A stretch of 64,000 nt of DNA from Sedimentisphaerales bacterium (GTDB taxonomy: Bacteria; Planctomycetota; Phycisphaerae; Sedimentisphaerales; Anaerobacaceae): the NCBI GenBank assembly GCA_963708075.1, contig OY970194.1, forward strand, positions 1,024,001 through 1,088,000, given 5' to 3'. The notes under the pieces were generated by a model, which was given only the letters and a program-made list of their open reading frames with translations, was not told the DNA's origin and made no database searches. Positions 9,665-19,050 of the stretch are shown here, piece after piece. The position numbers were made by a program, and so were the translations under genes. Each line of letters begins with the position of its first letter. Positions within the stretch are counted from its first letter, which is position 1.

Positions 9665-11647
9665 TTACCTCTCTGACTCGCGCAGAGCTTCAAACCGGCG
9701 CGTAACCCGCTTGCCGGCCTTCTCGTTTCGGGCTTCGATGACTACTGTCAGACCTGATGACGGGCGAACGTTCTCCATAAACAGGCCATCCTCGGCCACG
9801 GGCAAATCCCTGCCGTTCACGGTGATCCGCGTGCCGGGTTCGACCCACCCGCGCACGTCGATAGACGCATCATTCGCTACTTGTGAATGCTCCATCGGAT
9901 TGGTCTGGACGATCACCCGCGGCGATTGATCGAGGTCGAGAATCTCGCGGATAACCTGTCCCTTGGCCGCATAGAGCACGTTAGGATCGTTGCTGTAGTC
10001 GGCGGTCGCCCGAACCACACTGGCGGCGATTTCGAGGCTGCGCTGTGACGGCTCGATCAGGGACGAGACGCGGGGGCTCATGGCGTTCTTCATCTGCCGG
10101 ACTTTGTCTTCGAGCAACCAGAGGTACTCGTAGTCCTGGATGCCGTTTCGCATCTGCTCCCATCGCAGCGAGTCCAGCAGCCCGCCCTTTGCGGGGTAGA
10201 CATGCCAGCCGTCGCCCCGGTGCTGGCCCGGCGCCTCGAACGGATCGTCGGTCCAACTGTTATATCCCCAGTGCAGATAGCCCTTCAGGCCGAAGCGATA
10301 ATTGAACCAGTGCAAAACGCGAGATTGGATGAGCGGGACATCGACGGTCTTGTTCGGATAAACGCCGGCTTGAAAAATGCCGACCGTATAGAGCCACATT
10401 TCGCTGCCCGACTTCTGAGCATCTGTGTACGCCTGCTGCCACGTGGCATAGTGATCGATCTTGGGAACCCAGATTTCGAGCCGGTCCAGGCAGTGAGGGG
10501 TCTCGATGGCATCGATCCGCCGCAGACGGGGGCCGTGGCGATGCACGAAGTCCGAGGCTTCTCTCCAGTCCATGACATTGTGGTTGGAGGGCTCGTCCGC
10601 GATGTGAAAGACTGTCTTATCGAGCCAGCCGCGTTCCTGGAGGTGCTGTTCCAAGGCGGGCAGAAACAGCGGCAGAAACTCCTTGCCGGGCACGGTTACG
10701 GATGTTCTCGCCGCTTCATCCTGGACGCGAAAATCGCGCAGCACGATCGTCCGGCTGGACCAGTCGCCCTCGCCGAACCGGGCGACAAAACCGGTTTCGA
10801 GCAGGTCCATCTGCCCCGTGCTCCAGAAGACATCGGCCCATCTGTCGAATCGGGAGAAATCGAACGTCAACTTGCCGTCCTTGTCCTTCGTTGCCCTGAT
10901 GAGATCGAGGGACACGCGAAAGACGTTCTGCCGGTGGTCCGCCATGTTGCGGGCATAGACGCCGAGCATTCTGTAGAACGCATCGGAATCGGAGGATTCG
11001 ACACCGTGGAACTGCTTGAATCGATTCGTGGAGTACCACAGAGTGGCCATCAGGTGACGCTCCTTCGGAAGCGTCAGCGGGTACACCGTGAGGGTCAGCG
11101 GCAGCGTTCTTTCTCCCTCGCGTGCGCGAAAGGCCACGGTGCCCTGGTAGTCGCCGGCGCGGGCATCACGCGGGATGTGGATGGTCAGGTAAACGGCCTG
11201 GTACCGGCCCGCCTCAACAGCCATTTGCTTCGCGTCAGACAGGTAATCGGGAAAGCGGGCGGGAGCCGGGCGGATGACCTCGGACTTACGGTGGTTCGGC
11301 GAGTTCTCGGCAACTGCAATCGAGCCCACGAAGTTCCAGGCCACGGCATCCGGCGGCAGGGTGGCATCGCCATCTATAGACTTCAGTGGACTGACGGAGA
11401 CTGTAAGGTCTTGAATGGCTTGCCGTGCCTTTATGACGTACTGAGCACTGACGACCTCGCCCCGGATGCCAAACACCTCAATCTGGTCCTGCGGCGGGGG
11501 ACACTGGTACCCGTCTTCAAAGACCCGGACGAGGTCGGTCACGGCAAAACACTCGAATGCCGCTTCCTGCCCGAGACACCATGAGCCGCAGGAAATGACG
11601 AAAAGCGCGAGTGCAAGTCCGTACCGTCTGATTGTGCGCATACCCAT
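9665..11647 (-). CDS. Secreted DUF4091 / GH123-like glycoside hydrolase
   Basis: Signal peptide; IADEP, GYLHWGYNSW, GDGWHVYP and SLRWEQMRNGIQDYEYL (DUF4091 signature); C-terminal Ig-like domain. Confidence 0.85.
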   Translation of the reverse strand: MGMRTIRRYGLALALFVISCGSWCLGQEAAFECFAVTDLVRVFEDGYQCPPPQDQIEVFGIRGEVVSAQYVIKARQAIQDLTVSVSPLKSIDGDATLPPDAVAWNFVGSIAVAENSPNHRKSEVIRPAPARFPDYLSDAKQMAVEAGRYQAVYLTIHIPRDARAGDYQGTVAFRAREGERTLPLTLTVYPLTLPKERHLMATLWYSTNRFKQFHGVESSDSDAFYRMLGVYARNMADHRQNVFRVSLDLIRATKDKDGKLTFDFSRFDRWADVFWSTGQMDLLETGFVARFGEGDWSSRTIVLRDFRVQDEAARTSVTVPGKEFLPLFLPALEQHLQERGWLDKTVFHIADEPSNHNVMDWREASDFVHRHGPRLRRIDAIETPHCLDRLEIWVPKIDHYATWQQAYTDAQKSGSEMWLYTVGIFQAGVYPNKTVDVPLIQSRVLHWFNYRFGLKGYLHWGYNSWTDDPFEAPGQHRGDGWHVYPAKGGLLDSLRWEQMRNGIQDYEYLWLLEDKVRQMKNAMSPRVSSLIEPSQRSLEIAASVVRATADYSNDPNVLYAAKGQVIREILDLDQSPRVIVQTNPMEHSQVANDASIDVRGWVEPGTRITVNGRDLPVAEDGLFMENVRPSSGLTVVIEARNEKAGKRVTRRFEALRESER

Positions 11648-11696
11648 AATGACCTCCCTGTCATAGATTCTCATCATCTATCCTGAGGACGGCCGA

Positions 11697-13013
11697 TCAG
11701 CCGTTGAGGACCCAGCCCTCGCGATATTGCCTGGTGATGTACTTGTCGGCTTCCGGGCAGTTCGTGGCTCTGAGGTTCTTCGCATCCCAGTCGAGCTTCT
11801 GCCCAACGCGATAGGCGACCAGGGCCAGCAAATTGTTCTCGATCATTGCGCCTGCATAGTCGAAGTTGCACAGGGTCGGCTTGCCGGTCTTGCAGCCGAT
11901 GATCCATTCCTGGTGATGGCCCGGCGACGGCGGGATCAGTTCTTGCGGTTTGGGCGAGGCATAATGCGTCATGTCGCCCATGGGCATGAGGATGCGGTAA
12001 TCGTAGTCGCAGAGGAGATAGCCTTTGTCGCCGTGGAAGAGGACGCCCTTGAAGAGCTTGCCGCGGTTGAAGGCCTCGGAGGGCACGCCGGGCTTCTTCC
12101 CGCCGTCGTACCAGTTGACCTTCACGGCAGGCCGCCAATCGTTGGCGGGATGGTCCCATTCAGCGGTCAGCCACTGTGGGCACGTGTCGGAATTGACGGG
12201 GGTTCCTTCGGCCTTGCAGGTGGTGGGCAGTCCCAGGTCCAACGCCCAGTACGCCATATCCATCATGTGGCTGCCCATGTCGCCGATCTGGCCGCTGCCG
12301 AAGTCCCAGAAGCGGTTCCAGGCCAGGCAGCCGCCCAGGTAGCCGGGATTGAAGGGGTGGAAGGGCGCGGGGCCGAGCCAGAGGTCCCAGTTGATGTGCG
12401 AGGGGACGGGCTCCGCCGCCGGCAGATAGCTTCCGCCTTCGGGCGTGCGGCTGCACCAGACGTGGACTTTGTCCACGGCGCCGATCGCGCCCCGGCGGAT
12501 CAACTCCACCATGCGACGGTAATTGTCGCTCGCGTGAATCTGGGTGCCCATCTGCGTCGCGAGCTTGCCCTTGTTCTTGAGGTACGTATCACGAACGAGA
12601 CGGGCCTCCTGCACGCTGTTGGCCAGCGGCTTTTCGCAGTACACGTGCTTTCCTCTGTTCATCGCCCAGACATTGACGAAAGCGTGCGTGTGATCGGTCG
12701 TCGCGCAGACCACGGCGTCGATGTCCTTCTGGTCCAGGCACTTGCGCCAATCGGCGTACGTCCTGGCCTGCGGGAACTTCTTGGCCGCCGCGGCAAGGTT
12801 CTTTTCGTTGACATCACAAAGTGCGACGATGTTCTCGCTTTTGACCTCGTTGAGGTCGTCGCCGCCCCGGCCGCCGACGCCGATTGCGGCGATATTGAGC
12901 TTCGCATTCGGTGAGTTCCCTGCCCTGAGGATGCCCGACTTGAGAATGGTAATCCCCGTTCCAAGCACGGCACTATGCTTTAGGAACGTACGACGATTGA
13001 CTTTCTCTCTCAT
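11697..13013 (-). CDS. Tat-exported Gfo/Idh/MocA oxidoreductase
   Basis: RRTFLK, IGVGGRG, TTDHTHA, YCEKPLA, GDMGSH. Confidence 0.92.
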   Translation of the reverse strand: MREKVNRRTFLKHSAVLGTGITILKSGILRAGNSPNAKLNIAAIGVGGRGGDDLNEVKSENIVALCDVNEKNLAAAAKKFPQARTYADWRKCLDQKDIDAVVCATTDHTHAFVNVWAMNRGKHVYCEKPLANSVQEARLVRDTYLKNKGKLATQMGTQIHASDNYRRMVELIRRGAIGAVDKVHVWCSRTPEGGSYLPAAEPVPSHINWDLWLGPAPFHPFNPGYLGGCLAWNRFWDFGSGQIGDMGSHMMDMAYWALDLGLPTTCKAEGTPVNSDTCPQWLTAEWDHPANDWRPAVKVNWYDGGKKPGVPSEAFNRGKLFKGVLFHGDKGYLLCDYDYRILMPMGDMTHYASPKPQELIPPSPGHHQEWIIGCKTGKPTLCNFDYAGAMIENNLLALVAYRVGQKLDWDAKNLRATNCPEADKYITRQYREGWVLNG

Positions 13014-13257
13014 GGATCTTCTCCTCGATTGGAAACCAACTGGTCTGTGGTTGTTGACGGCCAATCATGGTAGCAGAGTACCCTCGCCGCGCGGGCAGTT
13101 CAATGTTTTTCCAGCTCGCGTCGCGAGTAGCAGGCAGGATAATGAACGTTTGACGCCGAGCGGAGTAGAAATGATAATATGCCCGGCATGGGTGTCCATA
13201 CAGGTCCTGACGGCCGACGTGGCTCAGAGGACCAGTTCTGGGGGGACGCAAAGCCAT

Positions 13258-13908
13258 ATGACGGACAACCAATGTGACCACGAGCGAGGTGTACGGGCAG
13301 TCTTGCCGTGCACTGTCCTTGCGTTCTTTGCCTTGTGTGGGTGCGCGACGCAGCGTGTTACCAACCCGGAGCGGACGGCCACGGAGCAGTTCCTGCTGTC
13401 CCAGGCCGTGGTGCAGGCGGTCGAGCCCCTGAGTTTCGAAATGCTCCACGGCCGTCGGGTGTACGTCGACGACCGGTTCTTTGGGGCATCGGAAAAGGCA
13501 TTCGTCCTCGGGGAGCTTCGAGCCAGGCTGCTGCTGGCGGGCGTGCAGCTCTCGGCGAACGAGCAGACGGCCGAGATCATCCTGGAGGTTCGAAGCGCGG
13601 GCGTCGGGATCGACCGCTATGACAGCATCGTGGGCATCCCCTCCTTCGGCCTGTCATCGCTGGCGACGGCGGGGGCAGGGGCTGCGCCTACTGCCGGCAT
13701 TCTTACCCCTGAGCTTGCGATCGTGAAGGAGATCAAGCAAGTGAGTTTCGCCAGTGTGGCGTACGTTGCCTACTGGACGAACACGGGCGAAGTGGTCGCC
13801 AGCTCCGGCCCGTCGCTTGGCAGGGCATACCGTGACGACTGGTGGGTATTCAGTTTCGGTCCGCGCACCATCGGCTCGGTCCCGCCGGTCGATCATCATA
13901 TCGAATGA
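13258..13908 (+). CDS. Lipoprotein, DUF6655-like
   Basis: Lipobox LCGC followed by T.P.RTATEQ.LLS.A and ILEVRSAGVGID, a pattern I recall from DUF6655 proteins. Start at 13258 is inferred. Confidence 0.65.
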   Translation: MTDNQCDHERGVRAVLPCTVLAFFALCGCATQRVTNPERTATEQFLLSQAVVQAVEPLSFEMLHGRRVYVDDRFFGASEKAFVLGELRARLLLAGVQLSANEQTAEIILEVRSAGVGIDRYDSIVGIPSFGLSSLATAGAGAAPTAGILTPELAIVKEIKQVSFASVAYVAYWTNTGEVVASSGPSLGRAYRDDWWVFSFGPRTIGSVPPVDHHIE

Positions 13909-13926
13909 CATTCTTCTGAATGAACC

Positions 13927-16900
13927 ATGGTACGCTGGAAAATCATCATTCCGATTGCATTTGTCATTCTCGCCGCGGCCGGTGCACTGGCGATCCACCT
14001 GATCCTGCAGAGTGAACTGGTAGGCGAAGTCGTTCTTGCGAGGGCGAGCGAACGCCTCGGCATGGACGTGACCGCCAAATCACTTCACGCAGGATGGGGT
14101 GGGGAAACGGTCATCCGAGATCTGGCCGTCACAATGCCGCTGACCAACGAGCTTATTCTGTCCGCGGAAACAGTACGGCTCTCGCATGCGGCCGTTCCAT
14201 GGCTTGTGCTGGGCCGACCCTTCCACCTGCGGTCGGTGGAAGTCGAGAACCCTCAGGTGAATGTGCACCGGTATGAGAGCGGCCGCTGGAGTGTGCAGGA
14301 TGTGTGGACCCGCCTGCAGACCGCCATGAAGTCACCAGAGCGGGCTCGAAGAGTTGCCTTGCCGCGGTTTGCAGTTCGTGACGGCCGGATCCATATTGCC
14401 GGTCCCAATGAGGTGACGCAGACGCTCGGCCCGATAGAGTTTCAGGCCCGCCCGCAGGGACAACTCCTCTGGACATTCGATCTGGAGCTGCCCTCGATGG
14501 CAGGGATCGAGGGCCAGCTCCTTCAGGGCAGGGATTGGGCGCACGAAGTTGGCTTTACCGTTGAAGAGATTGGTCCTCTGGTGCGTCAATTCTCCCGGCG
14601 CGATCTCTCGCCTGTTGCCGTATCGGGGCGGTGGCAAGGCCGTGTTGTGGGGAACGCTCTGAACGGAACAATCCAGCTCACTAACGCCACAGTAGGCCCG
14701 GCTGCTTTGCGGGGAGAAATCCGCGTGGAGGCGAGCCGTAACGCCGTCACACTTCAGCCGGTGCAATTGCTCCTGAGCGACCCAAACATGGAGAATGAAG
14801 GAATCCACCTCACCGCTGGTGCGATTCGGATCACCCGCGATGCGGTCACGGTGGAGCAGCTTGCGGCGAAAAGCGGCACTCTGGCCACCTGGCTCGACGG
14901 CCGATGGGATTTGGATACCCGAGCGGGGGAGTTCGCAGGTTCCTGGGCTGCCGGGTCCGGCGGCGATTCGCAGTATCGCGGCGTCTACAAAGGCACCCTG
15001 CAATCCCCGCGGTTCGGCCGCGTGGAACTCGATGCAGCGCTCAGCGCGCAGGCCCGGACTGCCGCCGGCAACTGGACCATGGCGGCGAATCTCCAAGGCG
15101 CAGGGCTCAGTTGGCAGCAATCCGAATGGCGGGTGTCGGTCCCTCAGGTTGCCTGGTCTCGCAATGACGCGAAGGCGGAAATCGCCCATGCCACTGCGCA
15201 GATCGATGTCAACTGGCCTGTGATCCAGTTGACGTCTGTGCACATTCCCAACGCACGGAAGACGAGCGGCGGTGCGGAATTTCATGCTCGGACCCACCGC
15301 TGGTCCATGCACCTCGAGGCGGATGCTCTGCGTCCGGGGATTGCGGGAGTGGATGACATCGACTTTCGCTTGAGCGCCCGAGGCGATCATCGGGAGGCGC
15401 TTATCTCAGAGCTTCGGGTGGCGGCAGGCGCGAGGGTTGTCGAGGCGAGGGGTGAACTACTGCTGGCCGGACGCGTGCTCCGTAATGTGTCGATTTCGGC
15501 CGACTGGCCGGCGGAGCCTGTCGAGCCCGGACAGCCGCAAAGCGTCTATCCCGCTGAACGATGGCACTTGAAAGCCGGCATGTCGGGCCGGATTCACCCG
15601 CTGGCCATAGTGATTGAAGGTGATCTGACGGGGCGAAATGTACCCGTCGGGAAACAGATGGTCCCGCGGGTGATGATTCCGATTCGCGCGAACGCCGGCG
15701 ACGAACAGGTCCAGGTGACGACCGATCCGTTCGAGTTGCTGTCCGGCCGGTGGCAGTTGGCCGGGCGGCATGAGCTATCCAGCGGATTGACGCAGGTCAA
15801 CATGGTCGTTGACGAGTTGTCCTTGAAAGCGGCCGCAGGTATCGCGGGCTCTCCGTTCGCTTCCGAGGGTACGGTGAATGCCCAACTGCAATTGGCCGTG
15901 CCGGGTGTTCAGATAGAGCAGGCAGTCGCCACGGGCAAGTGGACCGCGGAGGACATCCGTATTCCGCCCTTGGAGGCCGAGAAGGCGCGCGGCAGGATTC
16001 GCATCGGCGGCGGCCTGGCCAGGTGCGAAGACATTGAGTTGGAGCAGGGAAACGGCCGGGCTCACGCCAACATGGAGTTCCGGCTCAGCCGCCCTCAGGA
16101 CGTGATCGTCGAGTTCACGACGGAGTCGTGGCCCGTGCGGTTTGAAGAGCATCCGCTGGCGATTCTTGCGGACAGCCACGCGAACCTTCATGTGGATGTG
16201 ATCCGCAGGATGGTGGAGGGACAGATGCGATTGTCCGGCAGGGCTTGGTTCCGGGATCGAGACTTCGCCCGCGTGCGCCTGGATGCGCTTGTGGATGGAC
16301 GGACCCTGGAGGTGCAGGACCTGTATGTGGAGACCCTCGGCGGCTCGGTGGAGGGCGCGGCACGGATTGTGCTGGATCACTGGGGCGATAGCACGGCTAA
16401 CCTGACCTGGCAGGAGATTCAGCCTCGCTCCCTTGAACAATTGTGGCCGCAATTCCACAAGTGCGTGGGCGAGGTCTCCGGCCGCCTCGTGGTCGAGCAG
16501 ACCAGTGAACAGTCGCGTCCGCTGGGCCCCATGCGGTTCATGGTGGAGGCTCATGCTGCAGGCGGGCGATACGGGCCGGCGGAAGTCAGCGGTTGTCACG
16601 TCGTCGGATACCTGGACGGAAACCGCATGGTGATCAACGATGGGACTGTGGAGGCGTTCGGCGGGCGGATCAATGCGCGGGGCAGTGTCAGCAGGCATGC
16701 ACTCGCCTACCATGCTTCCGCTATTACCGACTTCAACAGCCTGGATTTGGATCAGCTTGTCCACGTGGTCGATCCGAACGCGCGCGAGCACATTGGCCTG
16801 GTCACGGGCAGGATCAGCCTGCTGTCCTCCCTGGATCAGCGCACGCTCAGCGGGCAAGGCGATATCCGGCTGACACGATCCGATCTTATCGACAACAGGG

Positions 16901-17301
16901 CCATTGCGATGCTGTACAGTGCTCTGAATCTGAACATTGGAGGCCGAGAGCCGAAGGGCACGGGAAGAATCCAAGTCCTGCTGGAGGGCTCATCGCTGAC
17001 GATTCCGAGCTTCGAGTACTTTAATCGGGGCATCGAGATTCGCGGGGCCGGTCGGATCGGCGATGTCTATGCCGGCGACGAAAGCCCCGTCAAAGGGTAC
17101 GCGGTCGGGTCCACTCGCGTGTTCAAGGGAATCTCGCTGCCGGGCGTGCGATCGCTCGACCGGCTTATGGCCTCCCTGCAAAGCGGCGCCGCCGCCGTGC
17201 AGATCGCAGGCACGCTCGATGATGTTGAGGTCAAGACCATCCCGCTGCCCAGCATCAGCGGAGACCTCCGCCGGCTTCTGTGGGCGCAACTGAGGGAGTG
17301 A
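13927..17301 (+). CDS. AsmA-like/TamB-like intermembrane beta-groove protein
   Basis: 1124 aa; single N-terminal TM, repeated beta-strand pattern, AsmA-like C-terminus (IRGAGRI...VQIAGTLDD). Confidence 0.7.
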   Translation: MVRWKIIIPIAFVILAAAGALAIHLILQSELVGEVVLARASERLGMDVTAKSLHAGWGGETVIRDLAVTMPLTNELILSAETVRLSHAAVPWLVLGRPFHLRSVEVENPQVNVHRYESGRWSVQDVWTRLQTAMKSPERARRVALPRFAVRDGRIHIAGPNEVTQTLGPIEFQARPQGQLLWTFDLELPSMAGIEGQLLQGRDWAHEVGFTVEEIGPLVRQFSRRDLSPVAVSGRWQGRVVGNALNGTIQLTNATVGPAALRGEIRVEASRNAVTLQPVQLLLSDPNMENEGIHLTAGAIRITRDAVTVEQLAAKSGTLATWLDGRWDLDTRAGEFAGSWAAGSGGDSQYRGVYKGTLQSPRFGRVELDAALSAQARTAAGNWTMAANLQGAGLSWQQSEWRVSVPQVAWSRNDAKAEIAHATAQIDVNWPVIQLTSVHIPNARKTSGGAEFHARTHRWSMHLEADALRPGIAGVDDIDFRLSARGDHREALISELRVAAGARVVEARGELLLAGRVLRNVSISADWPAEPVEPGQPQSVYPAERWHLKAGMSGRIHPLAIVIEGDLTGRNVPVGKQMVPRVMIPIRANAGDEQVQVTTDPFELLSGRWQLAGRHELSSGLTQVNMVVDELSLKAAAGIAGSPFASEGTVNAQLQLAVPGVQIEQAVATGKWTAEDIRIPPLEAEKARGRIRIGGGLARCEDIELEQGNGRAHANMEFRLSRPQDVIVEFTTESWPVRFEEHPLAILADSHANLHVDVIRRMVEGQMRLSGRAWFRDRDFARVRLDALVDGRTLEVQDLYVETLGGSVEGAARIVLDHWGDSTANLTWQEIQPRSLEQLWPQFHKCVGEVSGRLVVEQTSEQSRPLGPMRFMVEAHAAGGRYGPAEVSGCHVVGYLDGNRMVINDGTVEAFGGRINARGSVSRHALAYHASAITDFNSLDLDQLVHVVDPNAREHIGLVTGRISLLSSLDQRTLSGQGDIRLTRSDLIDNRAIAMLYSALNLNIGGREPKGTGRIQVLLEGSSLTIPSFEYFNRGIEIRGAGRIGDVYAGDESPVKGYAVGSTRVFKGISLPGVRSLDRLMASLQSGAAAVQIAGTLDDVEVKTIPLPSISGDLRRLLWAQLRE

Positions 17302-17312
17302 CGGAGGACGAT

Positions 17313-17349
17313 GGGAGGGTAGGAAGGTGAGAAGGTGAGAGGGTAAGAG
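17313..17349 (+). repeat. Purine-rich 8-bp tandem repeat between convergent genes
   Basis: GGGAGGGT AGGAAGGT GAGAAGGT GAGAGGGT AAGAG. Confidence 0.6.
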
Positions 17350-17361
17350 CCGGGGGGCCTT

Positions 17362-18255
17362 CTATCTTCTCGTCGTTGCCGCGCGCGGAGCCCGGTTCGT
17401 GAGATAGACGCCCAGGACGACGAGGGCCGCTCCTATCGCAAGGGATAAGGTCATCGGCTCATGGAGAATCACGCCTGCCAGGATCACCGCGGAGATGGGG
17501 ACGAAATTGATGAACAGCCCCGCCCGGGTCGGACCAATCGCCTTCACGCCTTCGTAGTACCATACGAAACCAATGACGGTCCCACATACAGCCAGGTACA
17601 CAATCGATGTCCAGTCAATCAATGACGCCTGGCGGAGACTCGATGCGAGATCGTCATAGAAAACGGCCGGCACGAACAGAGCGGCGGCGCCGATGAGAGA
17701 CGAATAGGAAACAGCCACGAGCGGCGAAAGGCGGTGCATGACGACTTTACCGATCAGCGAGTAGGCGACCCAGCTCAGCACGCAGCCGAGAATGAACAAT
17801 TCGCCCAGACCGACGCCGCCGGTGGCAAGCCGGCTCAGGTGGCCTCTCGAAATGACGACGACGGCCCCGAGCACCGACAGGGGGATGCCAATGGCCTTGG
17901 TGAGACTGAACCGCTCCTTGAGAAGGACTGTGGACGCGACTGCGATGAACGCCGGACAGGTTGCGACGATGAGTGAAGCCCGGCCGGCCTCGATCAGCCG
18001 CAGTCCCTTGAAGAAGAGCACGTTATAAGCGAAGACGCCGGTCATTCCCAACAGGACGATGGGAATGATCTGGCCCCTGCCTGGCAGCGGGAGCCGACCT
18101 TCCCGTATCCGTGTGAGGCTCAGCAGGAACACGGAAGCCACAGCGAATCGCAGGAACGCGATGCTGAATGGCCCGAGGTTCTGGGAGACCTGCCTTCCGG
18201 CGACGAACGTGCCGCCCCAGAAGACGGCCGTCAGCACGAGCTTGACGTACATCAT
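17362..18255 (-). CDS. DMT/EamA family transporter
   Basis: About 10 TM helices; FWGGTFVAGR, AFLRF and F.N.VP.SA motifs; two EamA repeats. Confidence 0.9.
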   Translation of the reverse strand: MMYVKLVLTAVFWGGTFVAGRQVSQNLGPFSIAFLRFAVASVFLLSLTRIREGRLPLPGRGQIIPIVLLGMTGVFAYNVLFFKGLRLIEAGRASLIVATCPAFIAVASTVLLKERFSLTKAIGIPLSVLGAVVVISRGHLSRLATGGVGLGELFILGCVLSWVAYSLIGKVVMHRLSPLVAVSYSSLIGAAALFVPAVFYDDLASSLRQASLIDWTSIVYLAVCGTVIGFVWYYEGVKAIGPTRAGLFINFVPISAVILAGVILHEPMTLSLAIGAALVVLGVYLTNRAPRAATTRR

Positions 18256-18957
18256 CTACGTCTTCCCTCGTAGCAGGCCAAGGAAGTCTGATGCCTTGAG
18301 GTCGGACAGGCAGTCCACCACCCGATCCGCTTGCGCCAGGTCTTCCCGGCTGCGTGTCGTCGTCACGGCTACGACAGGCATGCCCGCCGCACGGGCCGCC
18401 TGAACGCCTTGCACCGCGTCCTCGACTACCGCACAGCAGGCGGGTCGCAAGCCCAGCTTCTGGGCTGCCTTCAAAAACGTCTCCGGCGAAGGCTTGCTCT
18501 CCGTGATTTCCTCCTTCGTCACGCGGGCATCAAAATAGTTGCCCAGGGAGAGCTGCGCCCAGAAGATATCCAGGTTCTCCGGCGGCGCGGAGGAGCCGAT
18601 CGCAAGACGAAACCCATGACGTTTCAGGTCCTTGAGCAAGGCCTCAGCCCCTTTGGCAAGCTGCAGGTGTTCCTGTACAAGATCGCGGTATCGCTGCTCC
18701 TTCCAATCCGACAGACGCTCCATCTCCCCCGTTGGGATGCCCGGACGCAGCATCGGCAGGATCGCGGCATTCTGCATCCCGAACGTGCGGCGGAAGAACT
18801 CGTCGGTCATCGCCAGTCCCTCCTTGCCGGCCAGGTCATACCATGCCTGGCGGTGGGCCCAGCCCGTATCCACCAGCACACCATCCAAATCAAAGATCAC
18901 GCCCAATCTGCCGTCGCAAGACGCCATGTGTCTCCTGTGTGCAACAGTTCCTGTCAA
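18256..18957 (-). CDS. HAD-superfamily phosphatase (beta-phosphoglucomutase-like)
   Basis: IFDLDGVLVDT, GSSA, KPSPETF, VVEDAVQGVQAA. Confidence 0.9.
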   Translation of the reverse strand: MTGTVAHRRHMASCDGRLGVIFDLDGVLVDTGWAHRQAWYDLAGKEGLAMTDEFFRRTFGMQNAAILPMLRPGIPTGEMERLSDWKEQRYRDLVQEHLQLAKGAEALLKDLKRHGFRLAIGSSAPPENLDIFWAQLSLGNYFDARVTKEEITESKPSPETFLKAAQKLGLRPACCAVVEDAVQGVQAARAAGMPVVAVTTTRSREDLAQADRVVDCLSDLKASDFLGLLRGKT

Positions 18958-18983
18958 TCATCACAAGGCCAATGCCTGAAATA

Positions 18984-19018
18984 GCGAAAGGCTGCGAGCA
19001 ATGCCCACAGCCTTTCGC
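18984..19018 (-). terminator. Stem-loop / probable terminator after the LamG gene
   Basis: 11-bp inverted repeat GCGAAAGGCTG...CAGCCTTTCGC followed by TATTTC on the minus strand. Confidence 0.55.
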
Positions 19019-19050
19019 CATTATAGCATTACCTGACAGTCGCTGCTACT

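Noticed and set aside
12721..13257. Long N-terminal extension of ORF 12721-13908
   Set aside because: It overlaps the divergent Gfo gene; the lipoprotein signal indicates a start near 13258.
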